Shown here: positions 48,277 to 58,601 of the stretch, piece by piece | How positions within the stretch are numbered: the first letter of the stretch is position 1 | Layout of the letters: each line of letters begins with the position of its first letter | Origin: Chitinophagales bacterium | Lineage (GTDB): Bacteria > Bacteroidota > Bacteroidia > Chitinophagales > LD1 | DNA: 64,000 nt | Direction of reading: 5' to 3' | NCBI GenBank assembly: GCA_046329555.1 | Contig: JAXLUK010000002.1 | Span: 128,983-192,982, forward strand | Made by a program: the position numbers and the translations under genes | The notes under the pieces: model-generated | Databases searched by the model: none | What the model was told of the DNA's origin: nothing | The model's input: only the letters and a program-made list of their open reading frames with translations

Positions 48277-49017
48277 ATGCAGGAAGGTTTTAGGCCGGTA
48301 TCGAATACGCGCGACAGCTCGCTGATTGGACAACTGAAGTTTTATGGCAGAATGGTGCTTGACCTTCAGATTCTCACCATTTTTCGCGATTTACGGAAAA
48401 CGCTGCCGGGCTTTCAGGGTAAAGTGTTAGATGTGGGCTGCGGCCAATCGCCCTACCGATATATGTTAGACGCCACGAAGACCGAATATTTTGGCATTGA
48501 CATCGTGGACGCAGAAAAATTTGATTACGACAATTCGGGCATCACACCGTTTAATGGTCGCGATATTCCATTCCCTGACAACCATTTTGACGCCTTGCTG
48601 TGTACTGAAGTATTAGAGCATGTTGAGCAATACCAAGTGCTGGTGAACGAAATGCACCGCGTGCTGAAACCCGGCGGCGAGGGCATTATCACTATACCCT
48701 GGAGCGCCCGCTACCACTATATTCCGTGGGATTATTTCCGGTACACTCCGTCTGCTTTAAAAACTATTTTTTCAGGCTTTACCGAAGTAAACATCACGAA
48801 CCGCGGCACCGATTTGGCGGTTATTGGCAACAAGGTGATTGTACTTTTTTTCCGCAATTTATTGCCGGCAGCGGCCTGGCGCTGGCTGTTGGTGCCTTTG
48901 TGGATCGCCCTGCTGCCCTTCTTAGGCCTTGCCGTGGTAGTGGCGCATTTGTCGCTCTGGCTGAACTGGGGTACCGATGAAGATCCGCTGGGATATACCT
49001 TACGGGTAAGGAAGTAA
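48277..49017 (+). CDS. Class I SAM-dependent methyltransferase with C-terminal membrane helices
   Basis: It has SAM motif I VLDVGCGQSPY and LKPGG. The hydrophobic C-terminus reads LLPAAAWRWLLVPLWIALLPFLGLAVVVA. I prefer the ATG at 48277 over the TTG at 48271. Confidence 0.7.
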   Translation: MQEGFRPVSNTRDSSLIGQLKFYGRMVLDLQILTIFRDLRKTLPGFQGKVLDVGCGQSPYRYMLDATKTEYFGIDIVDAEKFDYDNSGITPFNGRDIPFPDNHFDALLCTEVLEHVEQYQVLVNEMHRVLKPGGEGIITIPWSARYHYIPWDYFRYTPSALKTIFSGFTEVNITNRGTDLAVIGNKVIVLFFRNLLPAAAWRWLLVPLWIALLPFLGLAVVVAHLSLWLNWGTDEDPLGYTLRVRK

Positions 49018-49046
49018 TTCCTATTTTCCCGCTTCAAAATTAGTTC

Positions 49047-49682
49047 ATGGCAGAAAAGAAAAGCGGACTGCACGCTATTATCAGCACCCCGTTTGTGTAC
49101 AACCTGGTTCAGTGGGTGGCCGGGGCGCGTTTGTACCGCGAACGGATGACCGCCAATTACATCAAACCCTTTGAAGGCTGCCGGATACTGGATATCGGCT
49201 GCGGAACAGGCGAATATGTAGAGTACTTTGATAAGCGCGTCAAGCAATTTGAATATTACGGATTTGACGGCGAAGCGGCGTATATTGAATGGGGCCAGCA
49301 ACGTTATCGCGATGATGCGCGGGTGCATTTATTTCATAAAATTTTGACAGAAGAAGAAATTCGCGAGTTCAACAATTTCGATATTGTGATTGCCACCGGC
49401 GTGATGCACCATTTGGATGACGAATTAGTGGTTTCGCTGTTGCAATTGGCGAAGAAAGCACTGAAGCCCGGCGGAAAATTAGTGACGTATGATCCAGGAA
49501 ATTACCAAGACGCTAACGCCATAGAAACGTTCTTTGTGAACAACGACCGCGGACGCAGCATTCGATTTCAGGAAGGCTATGAGGCGTTGATTAAGCAGGT
49601 ATTCCCGCGGTTCACGGCTCATGTGCCGTACTTAACCTGGTTCAAGGTGCGCAACATTGTGTTTGAATGTTATAACGACTAA
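49047..49682 (+). CDS. Class I SAM-dependent methyltransferase
   Basis: It has SAM motif I ILDIGCGTGEY, plus VIATGVMHHL and LKPGGKL. Confidence 0.7.
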   Translation: MAEKKSGLHAIISTPFVYNLVQWVAGARLYRERMTANYIKPFEGCRILDIGCGTGEYVEYFDKRVKQFEYYGFDGEAAYIEWGQQRYRDDARVHLFHKILTEEEIREFNNFDIVIATGVMHHLDDELVVSLLQLAKKALKPGGKLVTYDPGNYQDANAIETFFVNNDRGRSIRFQEGYEALIKQVFPRFTAHVPYLTWFKVRNIVFECYND

Positions 49683-49684
49683 GT

Positions 49685-51613
49685 ATGTCAAAAGAAAAAA
49701 AAGCGCCGGCGCGGCCGGCTAAAAAAGCGACTACCGCTCCGCTTTTCGATTTTAGTAATACGTTGAGCGAACAGCAATCAACCTGGTTTAAGTACGTCTT
49801 CTTTGGTTTGGCGCTGCTCATCTTTTTGGTGCGGCCGATGGTGAGCAATCAGTTTGGTCCTTCCAGCGACGAAACCTACCACCGCGCTATTGGCGATTTG
49901 AGTTACGACTACCTTTCTACCTTTGGTAAGAACGATTCCATTTTTCGTTATGCCGGTAATGGTCGTGAAGATGCGGCGCTGTTGTTGAATTACGGTCCAC
50001 TACTGGAGGTTTCTGCTGCGGCTATCTACAAGAATTTTGGAACAGATGTTTTTCATACGCGCCATGCGGTGATTACGGTATTCACATTTTTGTTGTTTTT
50101 CTTTTGCGGACTGGCGGCTTATGAAGTGGGCGGTTGGCGCGCTGCGTTGATTGCGATGTTGTTTATGCTGGTGAGTCCGCGGTTGTTGGGTGAAGCGTTC
50201 AACAACCCCAAGGACCCGCCCTTTGCCGCCGGGTATATGATGGCGGTGTACGGCTTGCTGCGCTATGTAAAGCAATTACCGCGCCCTGATTGGAAATCGG
50301 CGGTGATTGTTTTGGTAGGAATTGGTTTGGCCTTCAGCATTCGTGTGGGCGCTATTATTTTGTATCCGTTCTTGTTTCTTTTTGTTGGATTGGCCGTATT
50401 GATGAACGACGAGTGGCGGACGCGTTTTCTGGCTTTCGATTTCAAATACTACCAGAAGTTGCTGTTGCAGCTAGCCGCAATAGTAGCAGGCTCGTGGCTG
50501 ATTGGCATTATCGCCTGGCCAGCCGCGCTGCGCGCTCCGATATCGCATCCATTTTATGCGTTGAAGATTCAGAGTACTTATCCTACGGTTATTCGCGTAT
50601 TGTTCGATGGCGCATATATTCCCTCTAACGAAGTGCCATGGAATTACAACCCGACGTACATTGCGTTGACCTCGCCGTTGATTGTTATTTTAGGATTAGT
50701 TATTGGTATTGCCTTGTTGCCGTGGCTCAGAAAAACATTCAACGGTTATGCGTTGTTTATGTTGCTGTTTGTATCGGTGTTTCCATTGGCATACATCATC
50801 TACAAACATTCGGCCTTGCTGAACGGATGGCGCCACAGTTATTTCACCTATACCGGTATAGCCGTTTTTGCAGCGCTTACTTTTGAAGGCTTGTTGCGCC
50901 TGGCAAAAACAAGAGCCATACAAGGCGTTGTGTACGGCGCATTGGCTATTGGTATTTTACTTCCGGCCACTTTCATTGTGAAGAATTTCCCGGTAGTGTA
51001 TACTTATTTTAATGAATTAGCCGGAGGCGTGAGCGGTACTTATGGCGATTACCAGTTAGATTATTACGCGTGTAGTGCTGCACCGGCTGCCGAATGGCTG
51101 GCAAAAAATGTTCCTTATGATCCGAAATTGAAGATTGTTTCAAATAACCCTTGGGAGCTGAATGTAGTTTGGGAAAGTGCGCATTCAAAATTCACATCTT
51201 CGTATATCCGCTTCCGTGAGCGCAACGAGCAAGACTGGGATTACGCCGTATTTCTTCCGCAGTTTGTGGATCCTTACATGATGAAGAAAGGATTCTTCCC
51301 GCCGAAAGGAACGGTGCATACCGTAACTGTTGATGGTTGCGTGGTGGCTTGTGTAGTGAAGCGCGAGTCGAAAGATGATTTTGCAGGAATAGAAGCGTTG
51401 AAGAAAAATGATTTGAATACAGCGCTGCCGCTACTGGAGAAAGCTGTTCAGGAAAACAATACGAATGAAATTGCGTGGGCCTATCTGGGTGTGGCTTATG
51501 CTTATGCCGGAAAGCGCGCCGAAGCATTGAATGCGCTCAGCAATTCCATGAATATTTCTCCGGAATATCAGTTGCCACAGATGTATTATCAACAAATCAG
51601 TCAAAGCCGATAA
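49685..51613 (+). CDS. Polytopic GT-C-fold membrane glycosyltransferase (family 39/83, ArnT/PMT-like) with C-terminal TPR segment
   Basis: More than 10 hydrophobic segments are present. A DE-type first-loop motif (SSDETYH) and NPKDPPF resemble ArnT/PMT-type enzymes. The C-terminus (AWAYLGVAYAYAGKRAEAL) is TPR-like. The family assignment is tentative. Confidence 0.55.
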   Translation: MSKEKKAPARPAKKATTAPLFDFSNTLSEQQSTWFKYVFFGLALLIFLVRPMVSNQFGPSSDETYHRAIGDLSYDYLSTFGKNDSIFRYAGNGREDAALLLNYGPLLEVSAAAIYKNFGTDVFHTRHAVITVFTFLLFFFCGLAAYEVGGWRAALIAMLFMLVSPRLLGEAFNNPKDPPFAAGYMMAVYGLLRYVKQLPRPDWKSAVIVLVGIGLAFSIRVGAIILYPFLFLFVGLAVLMNDEWRTRFLAFDFKYYQKLLLQLAAIVAGSWLIGIIAWPAALRAPISHPFYALKIQSTYPTVIRVLFDGAYIPSNEVPWNYNPTYIALTSPLIVILGLVIGIALLPWLRKTFNGYALFMLLFVSVFPLAYIIYKHSALLNGWRHSYFTYTGIAVFAALTFEGLLRLAKTRAIQGVVYGALAIGILLPATFIVKNFPVVYTYFNELAGGVSGTYGDYQLDYYACSAAPAAEWLAKNVPYDPKLKIVSNNPWELNVVWESAHSKFTSSYIRFRERNEQDWDYAVFLPQFVDPYMMKKGFFPPKGTVHTVTVDGCVVACVVKRESKDDFAGIEALKKNDLNTALPLLEKAVQENNTNEIAWAYLGVAYAYAGKRAEALNALSNSMNISPEYQLPQMYYQQISQSR

Positions 51614-51624
51614 TTGAAGCGATT

Positions 51625-53106
51625 ATGCTAAAGAAAATACTAGTTGCCAACCGTGGCGAAATTGCCTTACGCGTGATGCGTTCGGCGCGTGAGATGGGTA
51701 TTAAAACTGTTGCTGTTTATTCAGAAGCCGACCGCCATTCTCCGCACGTAAAATATGCAGACGAAGCAGTTTGTGTTGGTCCGCCGGCATCTAAAGATTC
51801 GTACTTGCGCGGAGAAAAAATTGTAGAGGCGGCCAAGCGGTTAGGTGTGGATGGGATTCACCCCGGTTATGGATTTTTATCGGAGAATGCAGCCTTTGCG
51901 AAATTGGTAGAAGAGCATGGCATTACGTTCATTGGGCCTACACCCGAGGCTATTGAAATTATGGGCGATAAATTATCGGCCAAGGAAGCGGCAAAGAAGT
52001 TCAGCATCCCGATGGTGCCGGGTAGTGATGGCGCCATTACCGACACGGCTGCGGCTATTGCTTTATGTAAAACAATTGGATTCCCGGTATTGATTAAGGC
52101 CAGCGCTGGTGGCGGAGGCAAGGGCATGCGGGTTGTGGAGAAAGAAGAAGAACTGGAAGAACAGATGCACCGCGCGCAGAGTGAGGCGCTATCGGCTTTC
52201 GGGGATGGCAGTGTATTTATTGAAAAATATGTAGGCAGTCCGAAACATATTGAGGTGCAGGTTTTGGCAGATAACTATGGCAATACCGTTTATCTTTTTG
52301 AGCGGGAATGCAGCGTGCAACGGCGTCATCAGAAGGTGGTGGAAGAAGCGCCTTCATCCTGTTTAGATGAAGCTAAGCGCAAAGCCATTGGCGAAGCGGC
52401 GGTGATGGTAGCCAAAAGTTGCGCCTACATTGGCGCGGGAACGGTTGAGTTTTTGGTAGATGAACAACTCAATTTCTATTTCCTGGAAATGAACACCCGG
52501 TTGCAGGTAGAGCATCCGGTAACGGAAATGATTACGGGAATTGATTTGGTAAAAGAACAAATTCGCATTGCATCGGGCATGGCGTTATCGTTCACCCAAA
52601 ACGATTTAAGCATCAATGGGCATGCTATTGAATTGCGCGTTTATGCAGAAGATCCAACCAATAACTTCCTGCCCGATATTGGTCAATTGGTGCAATACAA
52701 AAAGCCGGAAGGACCGGGCATTCGGGTTGATGATGGATTTGAAGAAGGCATGTCGATTCCGATTTATTACGACCCGATGATTGCCAAATTAGTGGCTCAT
52801 GGAGCAACGCGGGAAGAGGCGATTCAGCGGATGCTGCGGGCTATTTCAGAATACCGCATCACTGGAGTGCGCAATACGCTGCAGTTCGGTGCCTTTGTAT
52901 TAAAGCATCCAGATTTTGTTTCCGGAAAGTTTGACACCCATTTTGTGGGCAAGCATTTCAAGCCGGAATATTTAAAGCAGGAAGACGCTGCAGAAAAAGA
53001 AATTGCCGCCTTAATTGCGGCAGAAATTTTCCAGCAAAAGCCAGCCTCAAGCGCTGCCAATACCGCCAGCGCTCCAGTGAGTAATTGGGTGAAAAACCGC
53101 ACCTAG
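51625..53106 (+). CDS. accC: Acetyl-CoA (acyl-CoA) carboxylase biotin carboxylase subunit
   Basis: It has KILVANRGEIALRV and an ATP-grasp region (GGGGKGMR, EMNTRLQVEHPVTE). The start is set at the ATG at 51625 (MLKKILVANRGE). Confidence 0.87.
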   Translation: MLKKILVANRGEIALRVMRSAREMGIKTVAVYSEADRHSPHVKYADEAVCVGPPASKDSYLRGEKIVEAAKRLGVDGIHPGYGFLSENAAFAKLVEEHGITFIGPTPEAIEIMGDKLSAKEAAKKFSIPMVPGSDGAITDTAAAIALCKTIGFPVLIKASAGGGGKGMRVVEKEEELEEQMHRAQSEALSAFGDGSVFIEKYVGSPKHIEVQVLADNYGNTVYLFERECSVQRRHQKVVEEAPSSCLDEAKRKAIGEAAVMVAKSCAYIGAGTVEFLVDEQLNFYFLEMNTRLQVEHPVTEMITGIDLVKEQIRIASGMALSFTQNDLSINGHAIELRVYAEDPTNNFLPDIGQLVQYKKPEGPGIRVDDGFEEGMSIPIYYDPMIAKLVAHGATREEAIQRMLRAISEYRITGVRNTLQFGAFVLKHPDFVSGKFDTHFVGKHFKPEYLKQEDAAEKEIAALIAAEIFQQKPASSAANTASAPVSNWVKNRT

Positions 53107-55910
53107 TGCGCCTCCAGCCAATTTTCACCTACACCCATTTCTGCTTCAATCGGAACTTTTGTGGCGATGGCTTTGGTCATCTTTTCATAAATCACCGGCT
53201 TCACCTGATCTAACTCGCTGCGGTGTACGTCGAATACCAATTCATCATGCACCTGAAGCGTTAGCTTTGATTTAAAGTTTCTGCGTTTGAATTCATCGTG
53301 GATGCCAATCATGGCTAATTTGATCAAATCAGCAGCACTTCCCTGAACCGGTGAGTTGATGGCGTTGCGCTCTGCAAATCCGCGAACCGTAAAATTTTTG
53401 GAGTTGATATCTTTCAAAATTCGCCGGCGACCCATGATGGTTTGCACGTAGCCGTGGGTTCTTGCAAACTGAATGTTATCATTCATGTATTGCTTGATTT
53501 TGGGAAACTGCTTAAAGTAGTTTTCAATAATCTCCTTGGCCTCTCCCCTGCTAACACCAATATTTTCTGCCAATCCGAAAGCACCCTGGCCGTAGATAAT
53601 ACCGAAGTTAACGCTCTTGGCTTTGTAGCGCATTTCCTTGGTTACACTTTCTAAAGCCACCCCATACACCTTAGCAGCCGTAGCCGTATGGATATCCAAT
53701 TTGTTCGCAAATGCTTCCAGCATGTTTTCATCGCCCGACAATTCTGCCACTAACCGCAACTCAATTTGTGAATAGTCGGCTGATAGCAATACATGGTGGG
53801 CATCACGCGCTACAAAAGCCTGCCGAACTTTACGTCCGCGTTCAGTGCGGATTGGGATGTTTTGCAGGTTCGGATTATCACTGCTCAATCTGCCTGTAGC
53901 AGCCACAGCCTGCCGGAAGGTTGAATGTACGCGTCCGGTTTTGGGATGAATCAATTCAGGCAAGGCATCTACATAAGTAGATTTCAATTTAGCCAGTTCG
54001 CGATAGTCCAAAATTTTTCCGGCAATGGGATATTCATGCGCCAGCTTTGCCAACGCATCTTCATTAGTGGAAAGTTGTCCGGTTGCGGTTTTCTTTCCTT
54101 CAAACGGCAACTTCATTTCTACATATAACAAATCGCTCAACTGCCGCGGCGAATCCACATTAAATTCACGCCCTGCCAGTTGATAAATTTCGTCGCGTAC
54201 TTTTAACAAATCACTTTCCAGCTCCCGCGAATATTGTCTTAAAAAATCAGCATCAATTTTCACGCCTTCATATTCCATATCCGCCAACACTGCTATCAAT
54301 GGGTGTTCCACTTGCTGCAGCACTTTTTCCACTTCCATTTTTTCACATTGCGGTTGGAACAACTGCTTTAGTTGCAGGGTCACATCAGCATCTTCCGCGG
54401 CGTACTCCGTGATTTTATCCAGAGGCACATCGCGCATTGTGCCCTGGTTTTTGCCTTTCTTGCCAATTAATTCTTCAATAGCCACCGGCGTATATCCCAA
54501 ATAAGTTTCGCTGAGATAATCCATGCCGTGTTTTAAATCGGGCTCTAACAGATAATGGGCCAGCATGGTGTCATACACCGGTAATTGTACGTTTACACCA
54601 TACTTCTTCAACACCAGCCAGTCGAATTTTACATTCTGTCCTACTTTAACTTTTTCTACACTTTCAAAGCAGAACTGATACCGCTTCAATAACGCCATTG
54701 CTTGCTGTTGGTCAGCGGGCACCGGAACATAATAGGCTGTTCCCGGCTCAAACGAAAAACTTAATCCCACTAATTCGAGTGAGTGAATTTCAAGCGAAGT
54801 TGTTTCAGTATCGAAACAAAACTCAGTGGCTTGCTCCAATTTCCTGATTAGTTCCTGATGTTGCGCTTCATCCGTAACGGCTACGTACTGATGCGGTGTG
54901 TTGTGAATAGTTTTTCCTTTCACCACTTCAGGTTCAGCCGCGGGCTGCTGGCCAAATAAATCGGCTTGTTGTGCCACTGAAGCTTGTTGTACCGGCTGGC
55001 CTGTTGATGTATTGGCAGAATAGGTATCGCCTAATATTCGTTTACCCAGTGTACGAAATTCCAATTCTGAAAAAACTGCGGCTAAAGCATCGCGGTCAGG
55101 CGATTCCAGTAACAGCTCATCATCACTCACCTCAATCGCGACATCTAATTTTATTGTAGCTAGTTTTTTCGACAACAAACCTTGTTCTGCGAATTGCGCA
55201 ATATTCTCGCCTACTTTCCCTTTCACTTTTGAGGCATTGGCAATAACCGCTTCCATGCTACCGTATTCCTTAATTAGCTTCTTGGCCGTTTTCTCACCTA
55301 CGCCGGGAATACCGGGAATATTATCTACCGCATCGCCCCACATTCCCAGTATATCTATCACCTGCACCGGATCTTCCACTTCCCATTTTTCTTTCACTTC
55401 AGGAACGCCCATAATTTCTACATCACCACCCTTATATCCGGGCTTGTAAATAAAGATGTTGGGTGCCACCAGTTGCGCATAATCTTTATCAGGAGTTACC
55501 ATGTACACCAGATGACCTTCAGCAGCTTTTCGTTTAGCCACCGTGCCAATGATATCATCAGCTTCGTAGCCTTCATATTCCAACACCGGAATATTCCAGG
55601 CACGGATAATTCGTTTGATATAAGGAACGGCAAAGCGTATATCTTCAGGAGTTTCCTGTCGGTTGGCTTTATAATCTGCAAAATCTGCTTCGCGTTCCAC
55701 AGAACCGCCTAAATCAAAAACCACCGCCAGATGGGTAGGCTTTTCTTTCTGAATCAAATCATAAAGCGTATTTACAAAACCACTGATGGCAGAAACATTT
55801 TGTCCCTTTGAATTGATGAGCGGATTGCGACTAAAGGCGAAATAGGCCCGAAAAATCAGGGCGTAGGCATCCAGTAGAAATAGCTTATTGTCTTTCCATT
55901 CGGTACTCAT
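53103..55910 (-). CDS. polA: DNA polymerase I
   Basis: It has a 5'-3' exonuclease N-terminus, a 3'-5' exonuclease-like middle and a family A polymerase domain (DYSQIELR, QVHDELVF). Confidence 0.95.
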   Translation of the reverse strand: MSTEWKDNKLFLLDAYALIFRAYFAFSRNPLINSKGQNVSAISGFVNTLYDLIQKEKPTHLAVVFDLGGSVEREADFADYKANRQETPEDIRFAVPYIKRIIRAWNIPVLEYEGYEADDIIGTVAKRKAAEGHLVYMVTPDKDYAQLVAPNIFIYKPGYKGGDVEIMGVPEVKEKWEVEDPVQVIDILGMWGDAVDNIPGIPGVGEKTAKKLIKEYGSMEAVIANASKVKGKVGENIAQFAEQGLLSKKLATIKLDVAIEVSDDELLLESPDRDALAAVFSELEFRTLGKRILGDTYSANTSTGQPVQQASVAQQADLFGQQPAAEPEVVKGKTIHNTPHQYVAVTDEAQHQELIRKLEQATEFCFDTETTSLEIHSLELVGLSFSFEPGTAYYVPVPADQQQAMALLKRYQFCFESVEKVKVGQNVKFDWLVLKKYGVNVQLPVYDTMLAHYLLEPDLKHGMDYLSETYLGYTPVAIEELIGKKGKNQGTMRDVPLDKITEYAAEDADVTLQLKQLFQPQCEKMEVEKVLQQVEHPLIAVLADMEYEGVKIDADFLRQYSRELESDLLKVRDEIYQLAGREFNVDSPRQLSDLLYVEMKLPFEGKKTATGQLSTNEDALAKLAHEYPIAGKILDYRELAKLKSTYVDALPELIHPKTGRVHSTFRQAVAATGRLSSDNPNLQNIPIRTERGRKVRQAFVARDAHHVLLSADYSQIELRLVAELSGDENMLEAFANKLDIHTATAAKVYGVALESVTKEMRYKAKSVNFGIIYGQGAFGLAENIGVSRGEAKEIIENYFKQFPKIKQYMNDNIQFARTHGYVQTIMGRRRILKDINSKNFTVRGFAERNAINSPVQGSAADLIKLAMIGIHDEFKRRNFKSKLTLQVHDELVFDVHRSELDQVKPVIYEKMTKAIATKVPIEAEMGVGENWLEAH

Positions 55911-55963
55911 AGCAGTATTGCGCCGCTACATTGATGCGGCCATGCAATTTAGTATTCTGCCAG

Positions 55964-56365
55964 TTACTTACTTCCAGAAAAAGGAATCAACACGACCACC
56001 GAGTTATCGGCTTTATTTTTTGCCGTTAGATTCATGGCAATGGTATTGGTGCCGAACGTGCCGCTTCCCTCCAAAGTATATACACCAGTTGTGTTCTTCA
56101 AGGTTACGTCTTCGGACACCGTAAACTGTGTAGCGCTCGACAATTTGGCTCCGGCAATGGTAACGTAGGTGTCGTTGGAGGAAGTAGTGAGTTGAATTTC
56201 TACGGTTTTCTCATCTATGGCTGTTACCAGGGCTTTGTTGTAGTTGGTGTAGATGCCTGTGGCACTATAGGTACCCGTATTTCCCGCGGTATAGTTAACC
56301 GCCGTTTTGCACGATGACAAAATCAACAACAGCAGGATGAAATTGAAAAAAATGGTCTTTTTCAT
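55964..56365 (-). CDS. Hypothetical lipoprotein
   Basis: It has a lipoprotein signal (LLLLILSSC). I do not recognise a family. Confidence 0.5.
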   Translation of the reverse strand: MKKTIFFNFILLLLILSSCKTAVNYTAGNTGTYSATGIYTNYNKALVTAIDEKTVEIQLTTSSNDTYVTIAGAKLSSATQFTVSEDVTLKNTTGVYTLEGSGTFGTNTIAMNLTAKNKADNSVVVLIPFSGSK

Positions 56366-56394
56366 AAATACAATGCTACAGGTATTGAAACAAT

Positions 56395-57276
56395 CTACGC
56401 CCTAACACCCAGCACCTTGGCTACGGTATCGCCAATAGCTGCCGGAGAATCCACCACATGCAATCCGCATTCGCGCATGATGCGCATCTTGGCTGCGGCC
56501 GTATCGTCGGCACCGCCGATAATAGCGCCGGCATGACCCATGCGGCGACCCGGAGGAGCGGTTTGTCCGGCGATAAAGCCTACCACAGGCTTTTTGTTGC
56601 CATTGGCCTTGATCCAGCGTGCGGCATCGGCTTCAAGACTTCCGCCAATTTCACCTATCATCACAATGGCATCCGTTTCAGGGTCATTCATAAATAACTC
56701 AACGGCTTCTTTAGTTGTTGTACCGATAATAGGGTCGCCACCAATACCAATAGCGGTAGAAACGCCCAATCCAGCTTTAGCCACCTGATCAGCGGCCTCA
56801 TATGTTAACGTGCCCGATTTGGAGACAATACCAACTCGACCCGGCTTAAACACAAAGCCTGGCATGATACCCACTTTGGCTTCTCCGGAGGTAATGACAC
56901 CAGGGCAGTTCGGACCGATGAGGCGCGATTTGCGCTGGCTCAGGTAATTCTTCGCCATCACCATATCCTGAACAGGAATACCTTCTGTGATACAAACAAT
57001 CAGTTCGATGCCGGCATCGGCGGCCTCCATAATGGCATCAGCGGCGAATGCCGGTGGAACGAAAATAATAGAGACATTACAGTCGGTTGCAGCCTTGGCC
57101 TGCGCTACTGAATTAAAAACGGGCTTATCCAAATGCTTTTCACCACCTTTTCCCGGAGTAACGCCACCAATAACATTGGTGCCGTATTCAATCATTTGGG
57201 TAGCATGGAAAGTGCCTTCCTTTCCTGTAAAACCCTGCACTAAAATGCGGCTATGCTTATTTACCAATACGCTCAT
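56395..57276 (-). CDS. sucD: Succinate--CoA ligase subunit alpha
   Basis: It has the SucD hallmarks [20 protein letters not shown] and RMGHAGAII. Confidence 0.94.
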   Translation of the reverse strand: MSVLVNKHSRILVQGFTGKEGTFHATQMIEYGTNVIGGVTPGKGGEKHLDKPVFNSVAQAKAATDCNVSIIFVPPAFAADAIMEAADAGIELIVCITEGIPVQDMVMAKNYLSQRKSRLIGPNCPGVITSGEAKVGIMPGFVFKPGRVGIVSKSGTLTYEAADQVAKAGLGVSTAIGIGGDPIIGTTTKEAVELFMNDPETDAIVMIGEIGGSLEADAARWIKANGNKKPVVGFIAGQTAPPGRRMGHAGAIIGGADDTAAAKMRIMRECGLHVVDSPAAIGDTVAKVLGVRA

Positions 57277-57291
57277 ATGCTTCTTATAATT

Positions 57292-57843
57292 TTATGCTAT
57301 GTTGTTTTTAATCAATGTCTTTATCTCCAGCGCTTGTTGCACATGGCGATATTCATGAGCAACAATAATATCAAAAGCTTTCTCTAAAGTATAAACAATC
57401 TTATTATTCGCCGGAGAGGCAATAACCACCTGCTTGCCCAGCAAATCGGCTGAACCTGCAATCATTTCATGCAAAGCGCTTTGATGTGCTTCAAATTGTT
57501 TGAGAATTTCCGGGATATTCCCTGAAGCAGGCTCCCAAATCGGGAAGGTTTTCATGGGTCGTTTACGATCCGGCTGAACACTGCCCAGTATCATATTCCC
57601 AATGGCATTGACCAGCCATTTCCAACTACCCAAAAATGAAACTTTATAAGTACCGTTGCGCAGTTGTTGAATGATTGGCGGATAAGTATTATTAACGGTA
57701 ATCAGATGATGAAGATTTTCTGCTATGCTCCATACGGCCGGTGCCGGTTTCCAATTTAACTGGTCTTCAGATAAATCTCCAAAATGGCGCTTCACTTCCT
57801 GCGTCACCTGATCAACTTGCTGCGTCCAACGTAGGGTATCCAT
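57292..57843 (-). CDS. DinB-family (four-helix bundle, metal-binding) protein
   Basis: It shows the DinB_2-like pattern (W.PAP..WSIAENLHHL ... AHEYRHVQQ). Confidence 0.68.
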   Translation of the reverse strand: MDTLRWTQQVDQVTQEVKRHFGDLSEDQLNWKPAPAVWSIAENLHHLITVNNTYPPIIQQLRNGTYKVSFLGSWKWLVNAIGNMILGSVQPDRKRPMKTFPIWEPASGNIPEILKQFEAHQSALHEMIAGSADLLGKQVVIASPANNKIVYTLEKAFDIIVAHEYRHVQQALEIKTLIKNNIA

Positions 57844-58601
57844 TATCGGTTTGCGGCTTTTCTTAAATCTTTGAGGAAGTCGGAAGCGAAAATAAAATCA
57901 AACAATTCGCCATCATTAATATTCATGATCTCGCTGGATGGCCCCTCCCAATATTTTAGTCCTTCGTGAAGAAATACCACTTTGTCGCCAATACCCATCA
58001 CGCTATTCATATCGTGCGTATTGATGACCGTGGTCATCTTGTATTCCATCGTGATTTCTTTAATCAAATCATCGATCACCAACGACGTTTTAGGATCCAA
58101 TCCGCTATTGGGTTCATCGCAGAATAGATAACGTGGATTCAGCACAATGGCCCGGGCAATTCCCACCCGTTTCTTCATACCACCGGATAATTCGCCCGGA
58201 TACTTTTTGTTGGTATTCACCATGTTTACCTGAGCCAGACATTCATTCACGCGATCTCGTTTTTCAGCCGCTGTTTTATCGGTAAACATATCCAGCGGAA
58301 AACGAATATTTTCCTCCACCGACATCGAATCAAAAAGCGCAGAACCCTGAAACAGCATACCTATTTCACGGCGAATCAGTTTTCGCTCATGAAAATCCAT
58401 CTTCGTAAAATCCCTGCCGTCGTACAACACCTCACCCGAATCGGGTTCTATGAGACCCACCATAGTTTTCAGGGTAACTGTTTTACCGCTGCCTGATTTA
58501 CCAATAATCAGATTGCATTTCCCGGCTTCAAAAACCGCTGAAATACCCTTCAATACTTGTTGAGGGCCAAACGATTTTTTTATGTCTTTGATTTCTATCA
58601 C
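57843..58601 (-). CDS. ABC transporter ATP-binding protein (MlaF-like)
   Basis: It has Walker A GKSGSGKT, the signature LSGGMKKRV and Walker B LFCDEP. It is adjacent to an MlaE-type permease gene. Confidence 0.87.
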   Translation of the reverse strand: MIEIKDIKKSFGPQQVLKGISAVFEAGKCNLIIGKSGSGKTVTLKTMVGLIEPDSGEVLYDGRDFTKMDFHERKLIRREIGMLFQGSALFDSMSVEENIRFPLDMFTDKTAAEKRDRVNECLAQVNMVNTNKKYPGELSGGMKKRVGIARAIVLNPRYLFCDEPNSGLDPKTSLVIDDLIKEITMEYKMTTVINTHDMNSVMGIGDKVVFLHEGLKYWEGPSSEIMNINDGELFDFIFASDFLKDLRKAANR

